Below the pieces are notes generated by a model, which ran no database searches, was not told where the DNA came from, and saw only the letters and a program-made list of their open reading frames with translations. A DNA stretch of 64,000 nt from an uncultured Acidimicrobiaceae bacterium (GTDB lineage: Bacteria; Actinomycetota; Acidimicrobiia; Acidimicrobiales; Ilumatobacteraceae), in the NCBI GenBank assembly GCA_963827775.1, contig CAWHCI010000006.1:335052-399051 (forward strand), written 5' to 3'. Both the position numbers and the translations under genes were made by a program. Each line of letters starts with the position of its first letter. The first letter of the stretch is position 1. Shown here in pieces: positions 1-11,037 of the stretch.

Positions 1-180
1 GCCGTCGGCGCCGGGCAACCCGAGGTCGAGGATCAGGAGGTCGAAGGCATCGTCGCGGGCCAATGCGATCGCGTCCGTGCCCGTACCGACGGCGATCGTC
101 GTGTAGCCGTTCGACTGGAGGCCCTTCTCGAGGAAGCTGACGATGCGGGCTTCGTCTTCGGCGATGAGGATGCGGGTCAT
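1..180 (-). CDS. Response regulator, OmpR/PhoB type (N-terminal receiver part; runs off window)
   Basis: Manual translation MTRILIAEDEARIVSFLEKGLQSNGYTTIAVGTGTDAIALARDDAFDLLILDLGLPGAD; ATG overlaps the kinase stop (ATGA at 177-180). Confidence 0.92.
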   Translation of the reverse strand, partial: MTRILIAEDEARIVSFLEKGLQSNGYTTIAVGTGTDAIALARDDAFDLLILDLGLPGADG

Positions 181-1584
181 GATGGGGTGCGTCCGATGTC
201 GATGGTGAACGTCGTACCGTGATCGGGGGTCGAGTCGACCATCACTCTGCCACCGTGCGCCACCGCGACGGCGTCAACGATCGACAGGCCGAGCCCGATC
301 CCCCCGGCCGTTCGACTCGATGCACTCCGGATGTGGCGTTCGAAGAGATCGTCGACCAGGTCGGGGTCGACCCCGGTGCCGGTGTCTCTGACCCACAGCA
401 GGAGGCGCCCGGCTTCGACCTTGGCCCCGATGCCGATCTCGTCGCCGCGTTCCGTGTGACGGACCGCGTTCTGGGAGAGGTTGAGCATGGCCTGCGTGAT
501 GCGCTGACCGTCGATGTGGGCGGTTCCGGCCGGCATCTCGTCGACGACCCAGGCCCGGTCACCCAACCCGTCGACCTTGCTCATCAACGCCTCGACGAAG
601 CGTGGGAGATCGACGTCGCCGGGCTGCAGGAAGTCGGGCCGCTCCGCCTGCGCCAGGACGAGGAGGTCGTCGACGTAGCGGTTCATGCGGCTCAGCTCGT
701 CGGTGAGTACGGCGACGGTCTCCCGGCGTTCGACCGGGTCGTCGCCGAGCACGTCGAGGTGGCCCTGGATGATCGTGATCGGCGTCCGCAGCTCGTGTGC
801 GACGTCGTCGAGGAACCGGCGCTGCGAGACGAAACCCGACTCGAGGCGCGACATCATCGCGTTGAACGTGTCGGACAGTTCGGCGATCTCGCGGTCGACC
901 CGGGTGTCCGTCGGGATGCGCGCCGAGAGGTCCGCGTCGGTGATCGACTGCGCGACCTCGGTGAGTTCGCGAACGGGCCGCACGATCCGCGAAGCGATCG
1001 CAGCGGCCACCAGCGCGGTCGCGAGCAGGACGAGCAGGCCGACGAAGGCGACGAGGCGGAACACGTCGGTGAGTTCCGCTCGGCTGGAATCGGTGAACGC
1101 GGCTGCGACGAACGTGCCGACGTTGTCGTCGAGGATGACGGGCACCACCAGGACCCGCGCGGTTCCGGCCTCGGTCTCGACGGTCGAGAACGTCGAGTTC
1201 GCCACGTCGGCCCAGGCGGCGACGAGCTCGTCGTCGTCGAGCAGTGTGGCGGGCGGGTCGAAGCTGAAGAGGAACCCGTCGCCGTCCACGAGTGTGAAGA
1301 ACGCATCGTCGTCGGCCGGCAGCACCCGTCGCAGGTGGGTGTCGAACAGCACCTCGGCGTCGACGAAGTCGCGTCCGGTGTCGGGGTTGCCCTCGCGGAT
1401 CACGACCTCGAGCTGCTCGACCTCCTCCGCCAGCCGCTGATCCACGTCGCTGTCGAATCGGGTGACGAGTGCGCTGCGGACGAGCACGAGCGTGGTGATC
1501 AGGGCCAGCGCGCAGCAACGCCACGTACCCGGCGATGATGCGAACGCGGAGTGAGCCGAGACGTGTCCTCCTCCGATCGCTCAC
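177..1584 (-). CDS. HAMP-domain sensor histidine kinase (frameshift near 1510, start approximate)
   Basis: H-box DVAHELRTPI, N-box NLSQNA, G-boxes DTGTG and GIGLGL, HAMP and TM segments; N-terminus SLRVRIIAGYVALL lies in another frame. Confidence 0.92.
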
Positions 1585-1669
1585 CCGGCCAGTCTGCCGG
1601 AGACCGGTCGCCATCCGCAGGGATCCACCCTCACCCCGGTCTTCCACCAGACTGGGCCGCATCGACACC

Positions 1670-2030
1670 GTGCGCATCGACCAGTGGCTCCACGCCGTTC
1701 GGCTGACCAAGACGCGGGCCGAAGCGGCCGCAGCGTGCCGCGGCGGTCACGTCGACGTCAACGGCAAGGCGGCCAAGCCTGCGACCGCGGTGCAGGTCGG
1801 CGATCGGATCGAGGCGTTCCTCCATCGCCGCCGGCGGATCGTCGTGGTCGAACGCACGATCACCAAGCGTGTCGGTGCGTCGCTCGCGGCCGAGTGCTAC
1901 GCCGACCACAGCCCGGCGCCGCCCGAACGTTCGGTCGACGATGCCGTCGCCGTCCGGGATCCACGGTTCGGGTCGCCCGACCAAACGTGAGCGGCGTCAG
2001 CTCGACCGGCTGCGCGGCCGCCGGCGCTGA
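1670..2030 (+). CDS. RNA-binding S4 domain protein (Hsp15/HslR-like), frameshift near 1965
   Basis: RIDQWLHAVRLTKTRAEAAAACRGGHVDVNG; C-terminal GRPTKRERRQLDRLR in the shifted frame, ending TGA at 2028-2030. Confidence 0.88.
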
Positions 2031-2057
2031 CCGAAACCAGATCGTCGTCGGGCCCGA

Positions 2058-2215
2058 TCAACCCCGGCCGAACCAGAACTCGATCTCGGACGTGTCGAAG
2101 TCGGCGGCGTGGTCGACGCCTACCGGCAGCCCTCGGCGTGGAGCTGGAACGCGTCGAACGGCCCGTCGAACGCCGGCAGCGAGGTGATCTGCGGTGGGAA
2201 GCGCCCGGTCGCCAT
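2058..2215 (-). pseudogene. Cupin-family gene with internal deletion
   Basis: N-part MATGRFPPQITSLPAFDGPFDAFQLHAEGC joined out of frame to C-part PVGVDHAADFDTSEIEFWF; both resemble the ends of a small cupin family and the central metal-binding motif is absent. Confidence 0.55.
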
Positions 2216-2221
2216 GGGACA

Positions 2222-5066
2222 TCATCCCAGACGGACGATGTCGACCAACGACGCGACGAGGCGGCCCTCCGCACGTGACGCGTCGAGATCGACGACGCCC
2301 AGGAGACGCCATTCGTCGTGGCCTTCGGGGTCGTGCAGCGTCTGTTCGACTCTGCCCGCTGCTCGTCGAACACGAATCGAGATGCGTGGCGGGCATCGCC
2401 GTCGATCTCGATCGCGTCGTACTCGTCCCAGTACGGCTCCATCAGCTCGTGAGCGTTCGAGCCCTGCGATCGCCGCCAGCCGGACGTCGCTGTCGGGCCA
2501 TCTGCTCGACCCAACGGAACGCTGCGTTGCGCACCATCGTGCGGAACGCCCGGGCGTCGGACGTGATCGTGACGGCATCGTCGCTGCGGTCGTCGGCACG
2601 TCGGTGGCCGGACCTCGTGGGACCGGCATCGTCGGGGTTCTGGAGCCGTTCCCACTCGTCGAGCAGGCTCGAGTCGACCTGACGGACGAGCGTGCCGAGC
2701 CAGTGTGCGATCTCGTCGAGTTCCGATCGTTCATCGCATCGACCGGCACGTTCTGCACGAGCCCTTGAAGACATCGGACAGGTACCGCAGCAGCACACCT
2801 TCGCGTCTGCTTCAGTCCGTAGATGATCGATGTACTCGCCGAACGTCATCGATCGTTCGAACAGGTCGCGGACGATCGACTTCGGCTTCACCGTGTCGCC
2901 ACCGACCCACGGATGATGGCGGTCGGAACTCGTTGAAGTCGGCGTACATCCAGTCCTTCATCGGCCGCGGCGGCTCCACCTTGGCGAGCCGCTCCATCCG
3001 CTCCTCGTACTCGACGCCGGACGACTTCATCTCCGCTCATCAGCTCGTCCTTGGCCTTGCGCAGCTGTGCGTTGATCACCACGCCGGGGTTCTCCTGCAC
3101 CGCTTCGACGATCGTCAGGACGGCGAGCGCCCGCTCGAGTCACCCGGTCGGGCGACGGACCGTGCGCTGGTCGGCGTCGGTCGTCGGCGTCGTGTTCGAC
3201 GGGCCGACGCTCCTCGTCGTTCGCCCGGTCTCGATTCGGGTTCGTCTCGAACCGGGTTCGTCTTCTTCGTCGAGCGTCGTCCGTCGACGTCGCCGGCACG
3301 GTCGAGGTCGATCGAGGACGAGATCGGCGAGACGCGGCGAAGGCTCCATCACCGGACGGCATCGTCGCCGGCGACCGCCTCGCGTGACCGGGGCCGACGT
3401 GCTCGCGGCGCGTGACCGCTCGACCGCGACTGTCGAATTGCCGGTCGAGATGTCGAGATGGCGTCGATCGCCCACAGCGACAGCGGCTGGTGCGAGCGCG
3501 AACTCGTCCTGCAGGTCGAAGTCGACCCGCACGCGACGCCCGTAGCTCGTCGGGCTCGGATCGGGAAACTCGAGCAGGCCGGCGTCGACGAGCGACCGGT
3601 AGATCGAGATCGACCGCCGGATGTGGCTGCCGCTGCCGCTTGCGCGGCTCGTGGTTGTCGATCATCAGCCTGCCGCACGGCGGCACACCCGTCACCCGGT
3701 CGGTCGAGCAGGCTCATCACCATCTGGTGGTTGACGTCGAAGCTCGACGTGAGCGGCTCGGGTTCACCGCTCGACCAGTTTCGTCGAACGTGCCCTCGTC
3801 CCAGTGGGCGTAGCCCCGCTCGGGCGCCTTCTTCTTGACCAGCTTCTTCTTCTTCTTCGGCGTCGGTCTCGGCGCCTTCTGCTGCCATCGCGCTGGTTCT
3901 CGACGACGTGCTCGGGCGCCTGCACCCACACGTCGCCGCGGTCGTCGAAGCCCCGTCGCCCGGCCCGCCCGGCGATCTGCTGGAACTCGCGCACGCGCAA
4001 GATCGCGGACTGTCGCTGCCGTCGTACTTGCACAGCTGGGTGAACAGCACCGATCGGATCGGCACGTTGACGCCGACGCCGAGCGTGTCGGTGCCGCAGA
4101 TGATCTTCAGCAGACCCGCCTGGGCGAGCCGCTCGACGAGCAGCCGGTACTTGGGGAGCAGCCCGGCGTGATGGACCCCGATGCCAGCCGACGAGGAACC
4201 GTCGGAACGTCCTTGCCGAACGGCGAGTCGAACCGGAACCCGCCGATCAGATCCTTCACCTGCTGCTTCTCGTCCTTGGTGAGCGGGTCGAGGCTGAGGT
4301 AGCCCTGCGCCGCCTCGGTCGCCTCGCGCTGGGTGAAGTGCACGAGGTAGATCGGCGCGCGGTCCGGTCGACAGCAGGTCCTCGATCGAGTGGTGCAAGC
4401 GTGGTCGTCCGGTACTCGAAGTCGAGCGGCACCGGGCGCTGCGTCGACTTGACCAGCGCCGTCTCCCGACCGGTGCGCTCGGTCAGCTCGCTGCTCGAAG
4501 AACGAGTGTCGCCGAGCGTCGCCGACATCAGGAGGAACTGGCAGTGCGGCAGCTCGAGGAGCGGCAGCTGCCACGCCCAGCCGCGCTGCGGGTCGGCGTA
4601 GAAGTGGAACTCGTCGGCGATCACGACGTCGACGTCGGTGTCGGCCCCGTCGCGCAGCGCCCAGTTGGCGAGGATCTCCGCGGTGCAGCAGATGATCGGT
4701 GCGTCCGGGTTGATCGCTGCCGTCGCCGGTGATCATGCCGACCAGATCGGAGCCGAACGTCGTCGACAGAGCTCGAAGAACTTCTCGGAGACGAGCGCCT
4801 TGATCGGCGCGGTGTAGACGCTGCGCTGTCGCGTGCGAGGCCGACGAAGTGGGCAGCGACGGCGACGAGCGACTTGCCCGAACCGGTCGGTGTGTTGAGG
4901 ATCACGTTGCTGCCGGCGATCAGCTCGAAGCACGGCCTCCTCCTGCGCCGGGTACATCTCGATGCCCGTCTGCGACCGTGTAGGCCGTGAACCCGTCGAG
5001 CAGCGCCTCCTCGTCGGGAGCCGGCGGCAGGTGCCGCAGGATCGGCGGCAGGTCGGTCGCCGTCAT
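2222..5066 (-). CDS. DEAD/DEAH-box (Ski2/HelY-like) helicase with DUF3516, multiply frameshifted
   Basis: Walker [72 protein letters not shown] and [13 protein letters not shown] spread over successive frames. Confidence 0.9.
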
Positions 5067-5187
5067 CGCCGTGACCTCGTGACGAGTTCGCGGGCCGGAC
5101 GGTCGGTCGGCGCACCCCTCGTCGACCGACCGTCGAATCGGGTGCTCGAGCTGGTGTTCGTCATGGCTGCGCTGCGCAGTCTGGCAT

Positions 5188-5213
5188 CGAACGCTCGATC
5201 CGGCGAGCGTTCG
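5188..5213 (-). terminator. Inverted repeat downstream of the OmpA gene
   Basis: CGAACGCTCG-atccgg-CGAGCGTTCG; a second 12-bp stem lies at about 5098-5134; no U-tract. Confidence 0.35.
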
Positions 5214-5226
5214 CGTCGGATATCGG

Positions 5227-6063
5227 TCAGGATTCGACCAGCAGGTTCTCGATCGTGACCTCGATGCGCCGGTTGCGGTCGCGACCCTCTCGCGTGTCGT
5301 TCGAGGCGATCGGTTCGGTTTCGCCGCGCCCGATCGCCGTCAGGCGTGCCGGATCGATCCCACGATCGACCCACCAACCCACCACTGCGTCGGCGCGGGC
5401 CTGCGACAGTTCCTGGTTGTAGGTCTCGCCACCGAGCGAATCGGTGTGGCCGATGACCACGAACGTCGACGCGGGCCGAATGGTCAGGAGCGCGAGACCC
5501 TGGTTGAGCAACGGCTCGAACTCGGGCGAGATCTGCGCCGAGTCGGGAGCGAACAGGACGGTGTCGTCGACGCGGATGTTGCCCAGGCTGGGGTCGGATG
5601 CCCGCTCGTCGATGACGTAGTTGTCGATCACGTTGTCGGGGCCGAAGATGCCGACCGCGAGTTCGACGATCTCGGCGCGCGACGCGTCGTCCGGAACGGC
5701 GCCCTCGAGCACGATCTGGCCGCCCGACACGACAGCGACCGACTCGGGCACGTCCTCGGTCGGCACGGCTTCGGTCGTGGTCGGAGCCACGCTGGTCGTG
5801 GTCGTGGACGTGCTCTCCACCGGCTCGGCGACGGTGGTCGCCGCCGGCTGTGTCGCTGCAGTGGCCACCGTCGTGGTGGCCGCGGCCTCCTCGCCGGTCG
5901 ACTCGTCGTCCCGACTCAGGACCACGGGCAACGCCGACGCCGCGAAGAGCAGCGCGGCGACGCCGAGGCCGATCAACACCAGGATGAGCGGTTCGTTGCT
6001 CCGGCGCGCGGTGCCGGGTTCCGGCTCCCCGCCCTGAGGCCCCGCGTCACGTTCGTCGGTCAT
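5227..6063 (-). CDS. OmpA-family peptidoglycan-binding protein with TM anchor, Thr-rich linker and BON-like domain
   Basis: VLFAPDSA, GHTDSLG...NQELSQARADAV, GRGETEPIASNDTREGRDRNRRIE; IVLEGAVPD...VIDN BON-like segment. Confidence 0.9.
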   Translation of the reverse strand: MTDERDAGPQGGEPEPGTARRSNEPLILVLIGLGVAALLFAASALPVVLSRDDESTGEEAAATTTVATAATQPAATTVAEPVESTSTTTTSVAPTTTEAVPTEDVPESVAVVSGGQIVLEGAVPDDASRAEIVELAVGIFGPDNVIDNYVIDERASDPSLGNIRVDDTVLFAPDSAQISPEFEPLLNQGLALLTIRPASTFVVIGHTDSLGGETYNQELSQARADAVVGWWVDRGIDPARLTAIGRGETEPIASNDTREGRDRNRRIEVTIENLLVES

Positions 6064-6081
6064 TCGCCGTTGCCGCCTTCG

Positions 6082-6477
6082 TCATCGTGGTCGCTCGCCG
6101 GGGTCGGGGCCGCGCCGCGGCCGCTGCGCAGGAACGGTACCAAGATCGAGCGCGAAGGCGACGAGTGCGCTCACCCAGAGCCCGGTCGTCGGCGACGACG
6201 ACCCGAGCAGGGCCAGCACCATGGACACCACCGTCAGAAGCGACGCACTGGCGACGACCGAGACGAGGGCCCTCGCCTCGAGCGACATCGGTCCCATGGC
6301 GAGGCTCGCGGCGAGGCCGGGCGCCACCAGCACGGCCAGCGCCGTCGTCACGCTGCGGAGTGGGCCACCCGCGTCGAGGCCCACCAGGACGAGCGCCGCG
6401 ACCGTGAACGCCACGATCAGCCGTGGCCCCCACAGACCGAGTCGCTGCTGAGTCGCCGTCGCGAGCGGAGCCGTCAT
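6082..6477 (-). CDS. Small membrane protein (about 4 TM)
   Basis: MTAPLATATQQRLGLWGPRLIVAF... with hydrophobic helices; tightly packed between its neighbours. Confidence 0.7.
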   Translation of the reverse strand: MTAPLATATQQRLGLWGPRLIVAFTVAALVLVGLDAGGPLRSVTTALAVLVAPGLAASLAMGPMSLEARALVSVVASASLLTVVSMVLALLGSSSPTTGLWVSALVAFALDLGTVPAQRPRRGPDPGERPR

Positions 6478-6478
6478 C

Positions 6479-8290
6479 TCACGAGCCCTCCACCACCACG
6501 AACACCGCGCCGTCCCGGTTGCTCGACACCACACGGAACCGTTCCGACGACCGGAGTGCGGCATCGATCCGGTCGAGCAGGCCGACCGGCATCGACGGCA
6601 CGCTGGCCTGCTCGTTGCGCATCGAACGCGTGATGATGACGTAGCCGGCCGCGTAGCGCTCATCCGTCATCCGGCGGTACAGGGCGTCCTCGGGATCGGC
6701 ATCGAGCAGCGCGAGGGCATCGTCGGATTCCCGCGACAGCGGCACGAACGTGAAGCGCTCGTAGTTGCGGGCGATTCCCGGATAGTTCCTCGACCCCTCG
6801 ACGAGGAGCGTGTTCGGCGCCGCCGACTCTGCGACGAACGTGGCGAGGTCGCGTTCCTCCGAGGTGAACTGGTGCGACCGTTCCTCCCCCAGGTACGCGA
6901 GCAGGAATGCCGCCAACAGCACGGTCACCGCCACGGCGCGGAGTCCGATCCGCGCCGACGGTGACTGGCGCTCGATCGGGACGGTGAGCGCGATCGCCGA
7001 GGCGAGCGCGAGCCACGGCAACGCGAACAGGTACGAGCGGAAGATCATCTCCCCGAAGTCACCGGTCACGAGGAGGACGAGCGGTGAGACGATGAGGGCG
7101 AGGAGGACTCGCCGTTCCGGGCGACGCCAGATCGCGACGATGCCGACGATCGCCAGCACCACCACTGCCTGAGTGAGGAATCGGTCGGCGATCACCACGA
7201 TCGCCTGGCCGGTGCTGACGTCGGCGGTGCCGGTCACGACGTCGGGGCTCTCGGCGGGCAACCCGAGCCGGTCGGCGGGATCGGCGGTGTCGCTCTGCAG
7301 GAAGTCGAGGGCCGGGCCGATCAGCCAGACGAGTCCGGCTCCGAGCGCGGCAGCCGACACCCATGCGGATCGGACGAGACGGAAGCCGGACAGGATGCCG
7401 AACGTCACGACCACGATGATCGGCGTGAACTGATGGCTGGCGACGATGGCGATCACGATCAGCACGCCGAGGATCGACACGACGATGTTGCCGGCGTCGG
7501 TGGGACGGAAGTCGCCGCCGACCAACAGTTCGAATCGTCCGGCTTCGCGACGCTTCATCCGGTCGAACGGCAACACGATCGCGATGAGCGCCAGGTAGAG
7601 CACGAAGGCGAACCCCTGTGGCGAGAAGTACTCCTGGCCGACCCAGTTCGCGATCACGAACACCCAGAGCGCCAACGACCGGGTCCTCGGGTCGGCGACG
7701 AAGCACCGGAACACGATCGACAGGGCCGACAGCGAAACCAGGCTGAACACGAACGGGGTCCAGATCGCGATCGCGGTCGGGGAGATTCCCGTCACGTCGG
7801 AGAGCGTCGCGGTCGCGCTGAACAGACCGGGCCACGCATGGTGGATCTGCTGGAACTCGGCGTCGGAGGCGACGCCGCCGTTGCGCTGGATGAAGTCGAC
7901 GACACCGATGTGGCGGTAGGACCATGCGTACCTGACCGTGCCGTACAGCAGCGCCGGGGTGGCGTGTGCCATGGCCGACAACAACACGAGGTACCCGCTG
8001 ACGAGCAGCCGTCGGTCCGCCTGGTACTCGTTGACGAAGAGGAATCCGACCGTGGCGACTGCGAGCGCGATGAAGAAGCTCATCGGCAGCACCGACACGA
8101 GACCGAGGTCGGTCATCTCGCCGAGGTCGAACCGGGTGAGGCTCCACGCCCATGCCACGACGGCGACGACGAGCAGGCGACCACCGATCACCGATCGCCA
8201 CGAGTCGGTGGTCTCGGCGACCGACCCGGGCTCGGATGCGACGGGCATCGTGGTGTCGTCGGCGGCGGTGCCGACAGCCGATCGGTTCAC
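6479..8290 (-). CDS. Polytopic membrane protein, putative GT-C-like glycosyltransferase/polysaccharide biosynthesis protein
   Basis: About 13 TM; motifs RYAWSYRHIGVVDFI, HAWPGLF, NWVGQEYFSPQ and SHQFTP resemble actinobacterial EPS-cluster membrane proteins; start uncertain. Confidence 0.6.
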   Translation of the reverse strand: MNRSAVGTAADDTTMPVASEPGSVAETTDSWRSVIGGRLLVVAVVAWAWSLTRFDLGEMTDLGLVSVLPMSFFIALAVATVGFLFVNEYQADRRLLVSGYLVLLSAMAHATPALLYGTVRYAWSYRHIGVVDFIQRNGGVASDAEFQQIHHAWPGLFSATATLSDVTGISPTAIAIWTPFVFSLVSLSALSIVFRCFVADPRTRSLALWVFVIANWVGQEYFSPQGFAFVLYLALIAIVLPFDRMKRREAGRFELLVGGDFRPTDAGNIVVSILGVLIVIAIVASHQFTPIIVVVTFGILSGFRLVRSAWVSAAALGAGLVWLIGPALDFLQSDTADPADRLGLPAESPDVVTGTADVSTGQAIVVIADRFLTQAVVVLAIVGIVAIWRRPERRVLLALIVSPLVLLVTGDFGEMIFRSYLFALPWLALASAIALTVPIERQSPSARIGLRAVAVTVLLAAFLLAYLGEERSHQFTSEERDLATFVAESAAPNTLLVEGSRNYPGIARNYERFTFVPLSRESDDALALLDADPEDALYRRMTDERYAAGYVIITRSMRNEQASVPSMPVGLLDRIDAALRSSERFRVVSSNRDGAVFVVVEGS

Positions 8291-8563
8291 GGCGTCCGCC
8301 GCCTCGCGCCCCGAAACCTCGGCGCCGCCGGGTGCGACACGTCGACGAAGACCCGGCCCTCGCCGCACGGATGACCGAGCGCACGCCGCCCGACCGCACA
8401 CCCGACGTCGTCTCGTTCAGGCATATCGGGGAGATCGTAGGACGCGTCACCGCTCGCGCATGCAACGCACGCCACACGAACGCCTGCCGAGGAGGGCGAA
8501 CCGATCGCCGGCCCGGGTCGTGGCCCATTGCCCGCCGAATGCATGCCTGCCACGATCGGGACC

Positions 8564-8986
8564 ATGAACGTCGACATCGACCAGCTCATGCAGCACCCCG
8601 TGATGACGGCGAGACCGCATCAGACCACCGGGCATGTTCGTGCGCTCATGGCCGAGCACCAGGTCTCGGCGCTTCCTGTGGTCAACAGCGACGGGGAACC
8701 CGTGGGCATCGTGACGGCGATCGATCTCCTCGTCGACCGACCGGACGGCGCTTCGATCAGCGGCTTCATGTCATCGCCGGTGTACACGGTGCCGCGTTAC
8801 GACGGCCCGCACATCGCGGCGAGGGTCATGCGCAACCACCACCTCCACCACGTGGTCGTCACGGAAGACCGGGTCGTCGTCGGCATCGTGAGTGCCTACG
8901 ACCTCCTGCGCCTCGTGGAAGATCATCGTTTCACCGCCAAACGCGCCCCGACCCCCTCGAGGAAGAAGTCCCGGAAGCACTCGTGA
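8564..8986 (+). CDS. CBS-domain protein
   Basis: Two CBS repeats: LMQHPVMT...SALPVV...GIVTAIDLL and FMSSPVYT...HHVVVT...GIVSAYDLL. Confidence 0.9.
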   Translation: MNVDIDQLMQHPVMTARPHQTTGHVRALMAEHQVSALPVVNSDGEPVGIVTAIDLLVDRPDGASISGFMSSPVYTVPRYDGPHIAARVMRNHHLHHVVVTEDRVVVGIVSAYDLLRLVEDHRFTAKRAPTPSRKKSRKHS

Positions 8987-9029
8987 CCGTCGTCGCAGGT
9001 GCGCCCGCGTCACGATCTACCTTGTCCGG

Positions 9030-9928
9030 ATGACCGACTGGAACGAACTGTCCGCCCGTGCAGGGGTTGCGTGTCACGACCTGGTCGGCTGGATGATGTG
9101 GGACCCCCGGGCGATCGCCGGCTTCGAGGCCCTCGGTGTGCCGAACGGCACCGGCTGGGTGGTCGCCTGGAGGCTCGCCTCGCTCGGCGACGTCTCACCG
9201 GCCGCCGCCGCGGCGACCACCTACTCCATCAGTCACGGCGATCGTCGACGCGGTGATGAACCTGTACCGGGACGCCACCGACCCCGAATCGATCCTCGCC
9301 GTCCGCGACGACGCCGTCGAACCGGGTCTGGCCGAGGTGTCGCCCGAGCTGCCGTCGCGACTCGGCGAACTGGCGACGCCCCTGTGGCGTGGCGTGGATG
9401 CGGTGCACCACGGGGCCCGGCCGATGTTCGCCGCCCACCGGGCCGCTCCGCGCCCTGACGACGTCGGCTCCTGCCTGTCCGCGTGGTTGGCGGCGAACTG
9501 CCTTCGGGAGTTGCGCGGCGACAACCATTGGGCGCTGTGCGCGGCCGAGGACCTCGACGACGTCGAGGTCGGCCTGCTCCACTCGGCGATGATCGACGTC
9601 GAGGAGTACGGCAGTGAGGAGTGGATCGCCCGCAGCCGCGGCGCCGACGACGACGCGGTCGCGGCCGGCTGGGCCCGACTGGAGGCGAAGGGTCTCGCGG
9701 ACGACGGGTGCGTTGAACGACGACGGCCGCCGGTTCCGACGCGACCTCGAGACCCGGACCGACGCGCTGACGGCCCCGGCGTGGACCGCCGTCGGGCTCG
9801 AGGCGACCACGGCGTTCTGCGAGCTCGTCGAACCGCACCACGATGCGTTCGTCACACGGATCGACGCGACGGCCGGCCCCCGCTGGATGCCGGCTGTGCG
9901 AGTGACGAACCGACCCACGGCACCGTAG
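9030..9928 (+). CDS. SCO6745/SalK-like family protein, two frameshifts
   Basis: AWRLASLGDV, ARPMFAAH, LRELRGDNH, SRGADDD and LETRTDAL across three frames. Confidence 0.7.
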
Positions 9929-9987
9929 AGAGCGCCGATGGACCGTCGGCTCGGAATGACCGGCACGAATCCGCGGGTTGCCGACAC

Positions 9988-11037
9988 ATGGAAAACCCGA
10001 CCGACCGTCTCCCCCCGACGCCCCGGCGCGACTGGCCGATCCTCGTCGGCGGTCTGCTGGCCCTCGCACTCGTGTCGATCTGGGCGTTCACCGAGAACAC
10101 CGACCGCCGGCGCGCACAGCAGGGCACACGGGTCGGGCCGACCGACATGTACAACCCGGTCACGGCGGGCGAACGCCTCCCCGACACGTTCCGCCAACTC
10201 CTCCCCCGCGACGCGATCCGTCCGGTCTACGACCCGACGTTCGTCGCGGCCGCCGACGCGGGTTGGTCGGGTGACACCGACGTCATCGGTGTCGCCGACG
10301 GAGACGAGGCCAAGGCGTACCCCGTCCGCTTCCTGACGGGCCGCGAGATGGTCAACGACGAGATCAACCGGAAACCGATCGTCGTCACGTGGTGACCACT
10401 GTGTGCCACGGCGATGGTCCATCGCCGACAGATCGACGGAGATGAGCTGGTGTTCGGCGTGCACGGCGCACTGTTCGGCAATGCGATGACGTGGTGGGAC
10501 CATGCGACGGGCAGCGTGTGGAGCCAGCCGCTCGGCGAAGCCATCCTGGGCCCGCGCACAGGTGACACGGTCGAGCTGTTGACGTCCGAGTTCACCACGT
10601 GGGACGCCTGGCGCGCGGAGCACCCCCACACGCTCGCGCTCGATGCACCGGGAGGGCCCTCGTCGTTCGATCTCAGCGACTTCCTGATCGTCGTCGACTT
10701 CGCCGACGAGGCCCGCGGCTACACGGTTCGCGACCTGCGGGAGGTGGGCGTCGTCAACGACGTCGTGGCCGGTGTCGAGATCGCCGTCGTGATCGACCCG
10801 ACCGAACCCGATCGCTGGAAGGTCCTCTCGCGTCGCGTGGGCGACACCCTCGTCGAACTGTCGGTCGACGGTGACGTGCTCCGAGACGATGCGACCGGCA
10901 CGACGTTCGATCCCTTCCGCGGGTTCGGGCGGGACGGCGAACTCGACGGTGAGATCCTCGACCAGCTCCCGGGCTTCACGTCGTTCCCCGGAGACTTCGG
11001 CACGTTCTGGCCCGACGGCACGGTGTGGCAACCCTGA
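9988..11037 (+). CDS. DUF3179-family selenoprotein (Sec at TGA 10393-10395), N-terminal membrane anchor
   Basis: Two ORF-track ORFs in the same frame separated by a single TGA: LLPRDAIRPVYDPTF...KAYP...EMVND...IVVTW-TGA-PLCATAMV...FGVHGAL...WDHATGSVWSQ...TTWDAWRAEHP; TGA sits at the first Cys of the family CPLC motif. Confidence 0.88.
10399..10431 (+). promoter_or_regulatory. Bacterial-type SECIS hairpin
   Basis: Stem CGGCGATG (10409-10416) / CATCGCCG (10420-10427) with G-initiated loop GTC, plus lower stem CTGT/ACAG, immediately 3' of the TGA. Confidence 0.75.

Noticed and set aside
219-1538. Long antisense and alternate-frame ORFs here and throughout (e.g. 9229-11082, 22469-24031, 53227-54651)
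   Set aside because: Shadows of real genes, expected at high GC; Arg/Pro-rich or motif-less.
5063-5165. Short [13 protein letters not shown]... upstream of the helicase
   Set aside because: No RBS or motif, and it overlaps hairpins; insufficient support.
9136-10395. 419-aa ORF apparently fusing the SCO6745-like protein with the DUF3179 N-half
   Set aside because: Produced by a frameshift near 9710; the SCO6745-like C-terminus ends in another frame at 9928.
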